Origin: Mobula hypostoma
Taxonomy: Eukaryota
Reading direction: 5' to 3'
Length of the DNA: 64,000 nucleotides
NCBI RefSeq assembly: GCF_963921235.1
Contig: NC_086101.1
Location: forward strand, 930,001 to 994,000
Both the position numbers and the translations under genes were made by a program. Below, piece after piece: positions 48,165 to 60,316 of the stretch. The notes under the pieces are model-generated. The model was not told where the DNA came from. It searched no databases and worked only from the letters and a program-made list of their open reading frames with translations. Numbering within the stretch: the stretch's first letter is position 1; each line of letters opens with the position of its first letter.

Positions 48165-48530
48165 CCGAGAGGTGGATGAAACACGGAGGGACTGACCTCA
48201 GGGGGGGTTCGCTTACACTGAAAGGTGGATGGGACACGGAGGGATTGACCTCAGGAGCGGTTCGATTACACCGAGAGGTGGATGGGACACGGAGGGATTG
48301 ACCTCAGCGGGGGTTCGATTACACCGAGCGGTGGATGGGACACGGAGGGACTGACCTCGGGGGGGGGGGGGTTCGCTTACGCTGAGAGGTGAATGGGACA
48401 CGGAGGGATTGACCTCAGCAGGGGTGCGATTACACTGAGAGGTGGATGGGACACAGACGGACTGACCTCAGCAGGGGTGCGATTACACTGAGAGGTGGAT
48501 GGGACACGGAGGGACTGACCTCAGGAGGGT
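48165..48530. repeat. Tandem repeat of about 53 bp, about 7 copies
   Basis: Unit GAGAGGTGGATGGGACACGGAGGGA(C/T)TGACCTCAG..GGTTCGATTACAC. Confidence 0.9.
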
Positions 48531-48939
48531 CAGTTCGATGGCAGCTGGGATCGACTGTCTTGGGCCGGAGTTCCGGACTGGTCTCGCATGGCTTCATCAC
48601 TGGTCATATAGTGAAGGCCCGCGATTCTCGGCGCTCATCCGGATGGTACCGTTTCCGGCAGTCTTGTCCCCCTGAAATTCATCGGCTTACAACTGCGCAA
48701 TGATGTGTGTAATGATTTGGAGGAGAATGTAGGTCGGACAATCAGTGAAGTTGTCGATGTCACCAAAACTCGTGTGTGGTGAAAGTGCGGGTTGTCTAAG
48801 ATGGAGACCAGCTGGGAAAGTGTGCAAAGGAATTGAAGGTGGAATTTCACTGTCACTCAAGAACAGTTCCTCAGGAGGTGAAAGACTACCGTTGTTCAGA
48901 TGAAGGTGCAGCTTTCCTTGGGTCTCACTGGTGTTTTGA

Positions 48940-49593
48940 TTCAGTTCATCAGGTTGGAGGATACCGAGACAGATTATAAAACGTTGTTCCTGCATCCTGA
49001 GCGTGACCTCATCACTGAGGGCAACACATCGTCCAGCACGTTCGCACCATCCGCCGCAAGCAGAATTTCCCAGTCGGCAAGCATTTTAATACTGATTCCC
49101 ATTCCCGTTCTGACATGTCGATCTGTAGCTTCCTCTTGCGCCGCGGTGAGACCACTGTCAGGTTGGAACCTTATATTCGGTCTGAGTACCCTCCAGCCTG
49201 ATGGCATGAATATCGATCTCTCCTTCCGATAAACAAGTCCCCCCACCCCGCTTTCCTCCATTCCCCACTCTGACTTTTACTTCTCACCTGCCTATTACAT
49301 CCCCCGTGTCCCCTCCTCCTTCCCTCTGTACTCTGGTCCACTCTCCTCTCCTATGAGATGTTTCTTCTCCAACCCCAGACCTTTCCCACCCACCTGGCTT
49401 CACCTGTCACATTCCAGCTAGCCTCTCTCCCCTCCCCATTTAAAAAAAAATTTGGCATCTTCCCCCATACTGCTCAGCGCAAAACGCCGACTGTTTATTC
49501 TTTTCCATAGATGCTGCCTGAGCTGCTGAGTTCCTCCAGCGTTTTGTGTGAGTTGCTTTGGATTTCCAGTATCCGCAGACTTTCGCATGTTTG
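48940..49593. mobile_element. Old Penelope 3' part (plus) with a short inverted arm (48945-49015)
   Basis: catcaggttggaggatacc (minus arm), then ..cctccagcctgatggcatgaatatcga..gatgctgcctg..gatttccag. Confidence 0.75.
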
Positions 49594-49594
49594 T

Positions 49595-50000
49595 TCCAGA
49601 ATTCGCCGGCCGTGATCAGGCAATTAAATGCGCATGCGTGGTCAGAGACGGTGCCGGGAAAACCGCGCATGCGCCCAGTGGTCAAAAGGTTGGGGGAACT
49701 CTGCGGCAGACTCCAGGCGGAGATCGTACCGGCACCGGTGAACCGCAACTGAGGGATACTTACTGTGAGCTCCGGACACACCGTGGTCCCGCACCGCTGG
49801 ACTTCCCCCTCTCTCGGCCCCACAATCTGCTCCGGACCCGGGAAGCTTTCTGCCGATGATGAGCCGGCGCTACCGCCATTCCTAAGGCGCATGCGCATTT
49901 CTGGGACCGTAGAGGCTCTCGTTTGTGAGGGCTTCTGGGTAAAGAGTAAGCCATAGCTGACACGACCTGTCTGTAGACTTGTTTCGAAGGGCAGGTGTAG
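49595..50000. promoter_or_regulatory. Paralog of the 36.9-37.4 kb promoter module
   Basis: GCGCATGCG(C/T) at 49630, 49665 and 49887; CCGCCATT 49873; CTTCTGGGTAAAGAG near 49932; minus donor GTAAGT at 49763; colinear with 36891-37330. Confidence 0.75.
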
Positions 50001-50351
50001 GGGATGGGTTCTGCAAACATTGCTGAGGTATACCTATATAATCATAATAAAATTTGAATTCTTACATCCAAAGGAGTAAACGTCATTATTTGTGTCTCCA
50101 TCGCAATGTACAGCGATTGAGTGGGAACCGGAATCACATCGGTAAGGCTGTGGTCCAGGCCATTCTGTCCCACCGTCCCATGCTGGATGCTGGAGCTTAG
50201 CCAGTCCTCCTGCTGAGCCACTCAACATTGTTCAGCACCGGCTCTCTGAACCTACCCTACCACATGTCCTGGGCCTGACCTTTGGGAGGCCAGGGGGCAA
50301 TATGACAGTCATGGTGAAATAAAAAGAGAAACTGGCGGGAAGAAAGGCAGC

Positions 50352-50782
50352 AGGGATGAGGCCTTCAATCCGGGAGAGACTGGGAATGAGACATTCAGTC
50401 CGGGAGAGACTGGGGATGGGACGTTTAGTCCGGGAGAGACTGGGGGTGGGACCTTCAGTCCGGGAGAGACTGGGGACGGGACGTTTAGTCCGGGAGAGAC
50501 CGGGGATGGGACCTTCAGTCCGGGAGAGACTGGAGATGAAACCCTCAGTCCGGGAGAGACCGGGGATGAAACCCTCAGTCCGGGGGAGACTCGGGATGGG
50601 ACCTTCAGTCCGGGAGAGACTGGAGATGAGACATTCCGTGCGGGGGAGACTGGGGATGGGACATTCCGTCCGGGGGAGACTGGGAATGAGACATTCAGTC
50701 CGGGAGAGACTGGGAATGAGACCTTCAGTCCTGGAGAGCCCAGTGATGAGACCTTCAGTCAGGGAGAGACTGGGCATGAGAC
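50352..50782. repeat. 30-bp minisatellite, about 14 copies
   Basis: CGGGAGAGACTGGGGATGGGACCTTCAGTC at a strict 30-bp period. Confidence 0.95.
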
Positions 50783-50829
50783 AATCAATGGGTCAGTTGT
50801 TTGTTCTCACTCCCAGTCTCTGCTGTACT

Positions 50830-51180
50830 AAAGGTATCAACCCCCGTCTCTATCAGACTGAATTCTCATCCCAATCTTTGTCAGTCTGCAGTGATTCACT
50901 CGGTCATCTGATCTGCTGCCTCTTCAGCAAGTTCACACTGGGCAGACACCATTCACCTCTTCCGGCAGTTGTCATCCAGCATACAGAGACACCAGTGAGT
51001 TTACACCGGAGAGAAGCCGTTCACCTGTTCCACTTGTGAGAAGAGATTCACTCTATCATCTCACCAGTATCGATATACCAGTCAGTTCACTGGGGAGAGA
51101 CCTTTCACCTGCTCAGACTGTGGGACGGGATTAACTCAGTCATTCACCCTTGTGAGCCACTACCGAGCTCACACTGGCAC
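50830..51180 (+). pseudogene. Decayed C2H2 zinc-finger remnant
   Basis: gttcacactgggcagacaccattcacct, caccggagagaagccgttcacctg, ggggagagacctttcacctgctcagactgtggga. Confidence 0.75.
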
Positions 51181-51706
51181 CGAAGAAAGCATTCTTCTAG
51201 GGTGCATCACAACCTGGTATGGAAGTTGTCCTGTCCAAGACCGGAAGAAGCTGCAGAAAATCGTGAACACGGTGCAGCACATCACACAAACCAATCTTCC
51301 GTCCTTGGACTCACTTTACACCGCACGCTGTCGGAGCAGTGCTGCCAGGATAATCAAGGACACGGCCCACCCAGCCAACACACTTTTCATCCCTCTTCCC
51401 TCCGGGAGAAGGCTCAGGAGCTTGAAGACTCATACGGCCAGATTTGGGAACAGCTTCTTTACAACTGTGATAAGACTGCAGAATGGATCCTGACCCAGAT
51501 CTGGGCCGTACCCTCCAAATATCCGGACCTGCCTCTCGGTTTTTTTGCACTATAATTTAAATTTTTAATATTTACTAATTTTTACTATTTTTAATATTTA
51601 ATATTTGTAATCCAGGGGGCGGGAAGCACAGAATCAAATATCACTGTGATGACTGTATGTTCTAGTATCAATTGTTTGGTGAAAATAAAGTATAAAGTAA
51701 AGTAAA
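51181..51706 (+). mobile_element. Rex1-type LINE 3' fragment with (AAAGT)n tail
   Basis: ESILLGCITTWYGSC..RKKLQKIV..PLPSGRR..NSFF. Confidence 0.85.
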
Positions 51707-51837
51707 CAAGTTGAAATAAGTTGCTGAGTTTGATGAACAGCAGCAATATTCGCTGAGTTTGGCACCAACAGTCAGTTTTGAACTTGCCTCTCGATTCAGC
51801 AACTGTGATGGACAATTATCCAGCATGCAGCTGATTG

Positions 51838-52057
51838 AAAATGTTTCCCCAGTGTGAACTCGGTTGTGCATGACAAGGTTGGCTGACCGAGTGAATCTCT
51901 CCCACATTCAGATCAGGTGAACAGCCTCTCCCCAGTGTGATCTGACTGGTGTGCAAGTAGGTGGGATGATTGAATGAATGCCTTCCGACAGATAGAACAG
52001 GTGAACAGCTTCTCTCCAGTGTGAACTCGCTGATGTTCTTTCAGACAAGATGAAAGA
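51838..52057 (-). pseudogene. Decayed C2H2 zinc-finger remnant
   Basis: [43 protein letters not shown], frameshifted. Confidence 0.8.
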
Positions 52058-52269
52058 ACAATGTCCACCCAGGAAAAAATTGGGGCAGTCAAAGTCAGTG
52101 ATAAGCAAGGCATGAGTTAAGGTTTCAACAAAAAAAAACTCATTGCAAAGGGCAAAATAAGCTTCTTAGCAATAGGATGATATCTATTCTGAAACTTTAA
52201 TTGTGTCACCAGTGTTTAAGAATACCTCGGTTTTGTCTGAGACGATTGTCAATGAGAAGGACACAATCC

Positions 52270-52580
52270 AGGGGACATGGTAATGTAGCAGTTAACTTTA
52301 CACTTCACAGCCCCAGCAATGGGAAGACTGGGTTTCAATTCCTGCCGCTGTTCTCCCCGTGAGGACCTGGGTTTCCTCTGGATGCTCCGGTTTCCTCCCA
52401 CATTCCGAAAGACAAACGGGTCCGGGTTAGTCAGTTGTGGGCATGTTATGTTGGCACTGGAAACATGGCAACACTTGTTCGGTGCCCACAGCACATCTTC
52501 GGGCTGTGTTGGGCATTGACTCAAACAACACGTTTCATTGTCATTCAGTATTCTGACGTGGTTGTGACAAATAAAGCTCA
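52270..52580 (+). mobile_element. tRNA-derived V-SINE (HE1-like)
   Basis: tRNA-like head (ggtttcaattcc), V-domain ttctccccgtg..gggtttcctc.gg.tgctccggtttcctcccaca, end ..gtgacaaataaagc. Confidence 0.75.
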
Positions 52581-53379
52581 TCTTTCTTCCATCTTTCCTG
52601 TGTACTGCATTTTGTTTCCTTTTATCAGAAGTAGTTCAGAGTAGGTTTACTGGAATATTGAATGGAATGGACAGATTGTCTTATGGGGAATGCCAGACAA
52701 TCTAGTCTCGTATCTTTTGGATTTAGAAGAGCAAGAGGAGATGGCAGAGTAAATGTGGAAATGACATTACATTCCATCACTCAGGTTACTGTATGAGGGC
52801 TATTCATTTCAAACAGATTAGACAATGTGTTTTTTCCTCTCAGAGGGTTGTTAGTCATTGGAACTTTCTTCCTTCAAGGATGTTCGAAGCAGTCTTTGAG
52901 TAACTTTAAGCCAAAATTAGATTCTCCACAAGCAACAGAGCCATGGAGAATGGAGAATTGAGGTCACATCTGGATCACCCCCAATGTTAATAACTGGCAG
53001 AGAAGACCCAAGTATCTCACTCCTGCTTCTCATTTGTATTTGTGCTTGCATGTTGTCAGGCAGTGGGGAACTAAGCAGGAACCAAAATCAATTGTTGTTT
53101 ATTAAACTGAAAACAATGCAGTCAGAAAAAAATGCAGCTTGTCACAAATTAATTAAAAGTTAGCAAATAGATCTGAAAACATCAAGTCAAAGCTATAAAT
53201 GATAAAAGAAGTTCATTCGTTGAAGCCTTTAAAAACTATGAACATATAATTTTATTGGGATAAAAAGAGGCAGAGTGTAGTGAGACTCCTGGCGAGGAGA
53301 GGCTGATGACAGGGCAACATTGCAGTCAACAGGAGGAGTTGCCAATGTAAAAGGTGGACAGAATAGGAAAAGGTGACTA

Positions 53380-56300
53380 CAGGACTGAAGGTGTTATATT
53401 TGAATATGTGTAGTATACAGAGGAATGCCGATGAACTTGTAGCACAGTTACAGATTGGCAGGTGTCACTGAATCACGGCTGAAAGCAGACTATAGCTGGT
53501 TCTGTCCAAGGACACTCATTGCATTGAAAGAACAGGCAGCAAGGCGGAGAGGGTGGCGTGGCTCTGTTGGTAAACAAGAAAATTAAATCAGTAGAAAGAG
53601 GTGACAATGGCTTGGAAGGTGTTGAATCAGTGTGGAGAGAGCTGAGACACTGCAAGGGTAAAAAGACCCTAATGGGGGGTATGTACAGACCACCAAACAG
53701 TAGTAAGGATGTGGTCTACAAGTTCCAATGGGAAGTAGAAAATGCATACCAAAAGGGCAAAGTTACAATAGTCATGGCAGATTTCAATATGCAGGCAGAT
53801 TGGGAAAATTAGGTTGCTGCGAGTTTCAAATAGGGGGAATTTCTAGAATGCCCTCGAGATGGCTCGTTGTGGCTAAGCCTACGAGAGGTGTTCTGCAATG
53901 AATCCGGAAATTGATTAGAGAGCTTAAGGTAAAAAAAAATCCTTAGGGTAAAATGGGATTGAATTCACCCTGAAATTTGAGAAGGAGAAGGTAAACAACA
54001 GGAATTCTGCAGATGCTGGAAATTCAAGCAACACACATCAAAGTTTCTGGTGAACGCAGCAGGCCAGGCAGCATCTATAGGAAGAGGTACAGTCGACGTT
54101 TCAGGCCGAGACCCTGTACCTCTTCCTATAGATGCTGCCTGGCCTGCTGCGTTCACCAGCAACTTTGATGTGTGTTGCAAGGAGAAGGTAATATCAGATG
54201 TATCAGTATTACAGTGGTGTAAAAGGAATTACAGAGGCATGAGAGAGGAGCTGGCCAGAATTGATTGGAAAAGAACACTGGCAGGGATGATGGCAGAGTA
54301 GCAACGGCTGGAACCTCTGGAAGCAATTGGGAAGGCACAGGATATACACACACCAAAGAAGAAGTATTTTAAAGGCTAGCTGACATAACGATGGCTGTCA
54401 AGAGAATTCAAAGCCAACATAAGACCAAAGAGAGGGTATATAATAGAGCGGAAATTAGTGAGTTGGAAAAGTTTTAAACGCCAACTGATGGAGGCAACTA
54501 AAAAATCATTAAAGAAGTAAAGATGGAATATGAAAGTAAACAAGCCAATAATATTCAAGAGGATACCAAAGTTTCTTCAGATACATAAAGTGTAAAAGAG
54601 AACTGAGAGGAGATATCAGCCCGCTGGAGAATGATGCTGGAGAGTTGCTAATGGGCAACAATGAAATGGCAAATGAACTGAAAAAGTATTTTGCATTATT
54701 CTTCACTGTGAAAGACACTAACAGAATGGTGGAAGTTGCTGGTGTCAGGGGTCATGAAGTGTGTAAAGTAACCATCAGTAGGGAGCAGGTTCATGGAAAA
54801 CTGAGGGTAGATGTCACCTGGACCAGTTGGTTTACACCCCAGGGTTCTGAAAGATGTGCCTGAAGAGATTGTGGAGACATTTGTAATGATCTTTCAAAAT
54901 TGCTAGATTCTGGAATGGTTTCTGAAGATTGGAAAATTACAAATGTCACTCTACTCTTCAAGAAGGGAGAAAGGCAGAAGAAAGGAAATTTAATAGGCCA
55001 TTTAATCTGCGCTCGGTCATTGGGAAGACATTGGAGTCGATTGCTAAGAATGTGCTTTCAGGGTACCCTGAGGCACATGATAAAATAGGACGTAGTCAAC
55101 ATGGTTTCCTCAAGATAAAATCTTGCCTGCCAAATTTGCTGGAATGCATTGAAGAAATAACAAGCACAATAGACAAGGGAGAATCGGTTAACGTGTTGAC
55201 AAGTTGCACACATGCTGATGAACAAGGTACGAGACTAAGGTATTACAGAAAGATTCTAGCATGGAAAAATCAGAGACTGGCTGGTGGAAGGCAGAGTGGG
55301 AATAAAGAGAGTCTTTTCTGGTCGGCTGCCAGTGACTAGTGGCGATCCGCGGGGTTGGGACAATTCTTTTGATGTTACATGTCAATGATTTAGATGATAG
55401 AATTGATGGCTTTGCAGCAAAGTTTGCAGACGATATGAAGATAGGTGGCAGGGCAGGAAGTTTTGAGGAAATAGAAGGGGAATAAAAGGACTTAAGACAG
55501 ACTAGGAGAATGAGCAATGAAGAGGCAGATGGCATAGAGTATTGGGAAGTGTATGGTCATGTACTTTGGTTTCAGAAATACAAGTATTGACTAAAAGGGA
55601 AAGAGACAGAAGGAGAGACCGGTAGTGATAGGAGATTTGATAGTGAGGGAACAGACCGGAGATTCTGTGGACGTGAATGGGAACGGGACACCCAGGTGGT
55701 ATGTTGACTCCCAGGTGCCAGGGTCAGGGATGTCTCAGATCGCATCCACAACAGTTTGGAGAGGGAGGGGGAGCAACCAGTTATCTTGGTACATATTGGT
55801 ACCAATGACATAGGAAGGAAAAGCAATGAGGTCCTGAAAAGAGAATTTAGAGAGCTGGGTAGAATGCTGAGAAGCAGGACCTCCTGGGTGATAATTTCTG
55901 GATTGCTTCCGGTGCCACGTGCCAGTAAGGGCAGAAACAGGATGATTTGGCACATAATACATGGCTGAGAAGCTGGTGCAGATGACAGGGCTTCAGGTTC
56001 TTTGATAACTGGGATCTCTTCTGAGGGTATGACCTGTTCAAAAGTGACGAGTTGCACCTGCAACGGAGGGGGACCATTATTATCACAGGCAGGTTTGTTA
56101 GAGTTGTTGGGGAGGGTGTAAACTAACTTGGCAGGGTGGGGTGGGAATCGGAGGGAAGGGACTCAGAATAGGATGGATGGTAAAAAAAGTGAAGATAACG
56201 TGCTGTCAGATTGTCAGGAAGGGCAGGCAGCTGATGGGATTTTAGGGCTGAGTATCAGTTCAATAGGGATGCAAAATCAGAAAGGATAGCAAATGTGGTA

Positions 56301-59300
56301 CTCAAGGTGTTGTATCTAAATGTGCAGAGTATAAGAAATAAGGTGGATGATCTTGTTGCACTATTACAGATTGTCAGGTATGATGTTGTGGCCATCACTG
56401 AATCGTGGCTGAAGGATGGTTGTGGCTGGGAGCTGAATGTCCAAGTTTACATGTTATATAGGAAGGTAGGAAGATGGGGTGATGTGGCTCTACCGGTAAA
56501 GAATGGCATCAAATCAGTGGAAGGATGTGACATAGAGTCAGAAGATGTTGAATCGTTGTGGGTTGAGTTAAGAAACTGCAAGGGTAACTGGACATTGATG
56601 GCAGTTATATACAGGCCTCCCAACAAAGCAAAAATCAGCAGGAAGATAGATGATTGGAACAGTTTTAAAAACCTACAGAGAGCATTTAAAAAAATCATTA
56701 GAAGGGAAAAGATGAATTCTGAAACCAAGCTAGCAAATGATATCGAAGTGGATAGTAAGTATGCCTGATGTTGTAGTGTGTGAAGGAAGAGAAGTGAGTG
56801 CAGTTACTGTTACAAGAGAGAAGGTGCTCTAAAAGCTGAAAGACCTAAAGGTACGTAAGTCCCCCGGACCAGAGGAATTGCACCCAAGGGTTCTGAAAGA
56901 GGTAGCATCAGAAATTGTTGTGGAATTAGAAATGACCTTTCACAAATCAATGGACTCTGGCATGGTGCAGAGGACAGGAAAAATGCAGATGTCACTCCAC
57001 TCTTTAAGAAAGGAGGAAGTCAACAGAAAGGAAGTTATAGACCAGTTAGCCTGACCTCAGTGGTTGGGAAGATGTTAGAGTCAATTGTTAAGGATGAGGT
57101 GATGGAGTACTTGGTGACACAGGTCAAGATAGTACAAAGTCAGAGTGGTTTCCTTAAGGGAAAACCTTACCTGGTGAACCTGTTGGAATTCTTTGAGGAG
57201 ATTACAAGTAGGATAGATAAAGGGGATGCAGTGGATGTTGTGTATTTGGATTTTCAGGAGGCCTTTGACAAGGTGCCACAGATGAGGCTGCTTACCAAGT
57301 AAACAGCCCACGGTATTACAGGAAATTTACTAACGTAGTTAGAGCATTGGCTGATTGGTAGGAGGCAGCAAAAGTGAATACAAAGATCATTTTCTGCTTG
57401 GCTGCCAGTGAGTAGTGGTGTTCCGCAGGGGTTGATGTTAGGACCACTTCTTTTTATTCAGTATATTAATGGTTCAGATGATGGAATAGATGGCTTTGTT
57501 TCCAAGTTTGCAGGTGATACGGAAATTGGTGGAGGGGTAAGCACTGTTGAGGAAACAGGCAGGATGCAGAAGGACTTAGACAGATTAGGAGAATGGGCAA
57601 GAAAGTGGCTAATTAAATACAATGTTGGGAAAAATCTGGTCAGGCACTTTGGCAGTAGAAATAAACGTGTGGAGTATTTTCTAAATGGGGAGAAAATCCA
57701 GGAATCTGAAATGCACAGGGACTTGGGGAAGGCAAATGCCATGTTAGCATTCATTTCAAGAGGTCTAGAATAGGAGAAAGGATGTGATGCTGAGGCTTTA
57801 TAAGGCACTGGTGAGGCCTCACCTTGAGGATTGTGAACAGTTTTGGCCCCCTAATCTTGAAAAAGATGTGTTGGCATTGGAAAGGGTCCAGAGGAGGTTC
57901 ACAAGGATGATTCCAGGAATGAGAGGGCTATCATACAAGGAACGTTTGATGGCTCTGGGTCTGTACTCACTGAAATTCAGAAGGATGAGGGGTGATCTCA
58001 TTGAAACCTTTCAAATGTTGAAAGGCCTAGACAGAGTAGAAGTGGAAAGGATGTTTCCCATGTTGGGAGAGTCTAGGACAACAGGGCACAGCCTCAGAAT
58101 AGAGGGGCGCCCTTTCAAAACAGAGATGCAAGGACATTTCTTTAGCCAAAGGGTGGTGAATTTGTGGAATTTGTTGCCACATGTAGCTGTGGTGCCAGGT
58201 CATTGGGTGTATATAATGCAGAGATTGATAGGTTCTTGTTTGGACATGGCATCAAAGGTTACGGGGAGAAAGCTGGGATCTGGGGTTGAGGAGGAGATTT
58301 AAGAAAAAAGGATCAGCCATGATTGAATGGTGGAGCAGACTCGACGGGCCAGATGGCCTAATTCTGCTCTTATGTCTTCTGGTTCTTATGGACTATTTTC
58401 TAAATGGAGAGAAAATGCAAAAATTGAGATACATAGGGATTTGGGAGCCCTTGTGCATGATTCCCTGAAGGCTATTTTGCAGGAGTCTGTGGTGAGGAAG
58501 GCGTATGTGATGTCACCATTCATTTGAAGAGGACAAGACTATAAATGCAAAGATGTCATGTTGAGTCTTTATAAAGCACTGGCGAGGCCTCACCTGGATT
58601 ATTGAAGCAGGGTTGGGCCCCTTATCTTGGACCAAGAGTGTGCTCTTGGAAGCTGTCGGGATAGAAGACACTGCCAGTCTGAGAGGCGGATGGGTCTGCA
58701 GGTCAAAAATTGGCACTGAAACAAAGCCGAGGAACAGACGTCAGGCAGAGCCGTGGTAGTAGGGGACTCCATAGTGAGAGATACAGAAAGGGGTTTCTGT
58801 GGCAACAGGCGGGATTTAAGTATGGTGTGTTGCCTCCCTGGTGCCAGGATCAAGGACATCACGGACTGATTGCAGGGCATCCTCAAGGGTGAAGGTGAAC
58901 AGCCGGAAGTGGTGGTGCATGTCGGCACAAGTGACGTCGGGAAGAGGAGGAAAGAAATTCTGCAGCGTGACTTCACAGAACTCGGAAGAAGGCTGAAAAG
59001 CAGGACCTCCAGGATAGTTATCTCCGGTTTGCTTCCAGTTCCTCGTGCTGGTGAGGGCAGGAAGAGGGATATAGGGGATCTGAATGTGTGGCTGAGGAGC
59101 TGGTGCAGGGAGCAGGGATTTAGATTCTTAGACCACTGGGATTTGTTTTGGGGCAAGGGTGAATTGTACAGAAGGGACGGGTTGCATCTTAACAGGCGGG
59201 GGACCAGCGTTCTGGCAGGCAGGTTTGCCACTGCTACACGGGTGTGTTTAAATTAAGTAGTGGGGGGGGGAAGGAGAGGAAATATAAGGATGGAGTTAAA

Positions 59301-60316
59301 GGGAAAGAGAGAATAAGGAAAGTTAAGAAAGACAACAGAATTAACGGGACAGAAAGCTCAGGAAGAGATCGGAGAGTATGGCCAAGAGCAATAGGAATCG
59401 ATGTGAAAGGTGAGGGGAGTAATGGATTAAAAGTATCGTATATGAATGCACGAAGTATAAGAAATAAAGTGGATGAGTTTGAGGCTCAGTTGGAAATCGG
59501 TAAGTGTGATGTTGTGGGAATAACAGAGACATGGCTTCAAGTGGACAGGGCCTGGGAAATGAATATTCAAGGATATACATCCTATCAAAAGGACAGACGG
59601 ATGGGCAGAGGGGGTGGGGTGGCTCTGTTGGTGAGGGATGAAATTCAGTCCCTTGCGAGGGGGGACATAGAATCAGGAGACGTAGAGTCAGTATGGATGG
59701 AATTGAGAAACTGTAAGGGCCAAAAGACCCTAATGGGAGTTATCTACAGGCCCCCAAACAGTAGGCTGGATATAGGGTGCAAGTTGAATCAATAGTTAAA
59801 ATTGGCATGTCGCAAAGGTAATTCTACGGTTGTTATGGGGGATTTCAACATGCAGGTAGACTGGAAAAATCACCTTGGTACTGGACCATAAGAAAGGGAG
59901 TTTGTGGAGTGCCTCTGAGATGGATTCTTAGAGCAGCTTGTACTGGAGCCTACCAGGGAGAACACAATTCTGGATCTAGTGTTGTGTAATGAACTGGGTT
60001 TGATAAGGAAACTCGAGGGAAAAGAGCAATTAGGAGGTAGTGACCATAATATGATAAGTTTTAATCTACAATTTGAGAGGGAGAAGGGAAAATCCGAAGT
60101 GTCAATATTACTGTTGAACAAAGGGGACTATTCAGCCATGACGAGCTGGCCAAAGTTGACTGGAAAGATACCCTAGCAGGGACGACAGTGGAACAACAAT
60201 GGCAGGAATTTCTGGGAAGAATACAGAAGGTGCAGGATCAGTTCATTCCAAAGAGGAAGAACGATTCTAAGGGGAGTAAGGGGTGACCGTGGTCGACAAG
60301 GGAAGTCAAGGACAGT
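53380..60316 (+). mobile_element. Stack of three nested/adjacent plus-strand CR1 LINEs (A about 53380-55593 and 58389-58640; B about 55594-58388; C about 58640-60316)
   Basis: Esterase ORF1 (VH.GT.D.G) in B and C; APE motifs in all three; RT motifs in A and B; element A resumes after the tail of B. Confidence 0.85.
53995..54178. mobile_element. Micro fold-back Penelope insertion (184 bp), 13-bp TSD
   Basis: TSD AAGGAGAAGGTAA at 53982-94 and 54179-91; arms invert near 54115. Confidence 0.92.

Noticed and set aside
48165..48530. GGTTCGATT in each repeat unit resembling a tRNA B-box array
   Set aside because: No convincing A-box, cloverleaf or terminator; treated as a plain minisatellite.
50232..51039. 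181-aa and 227-aa repetitive ORFs
   Set aside because: Products of the 30-bp minisatellite.
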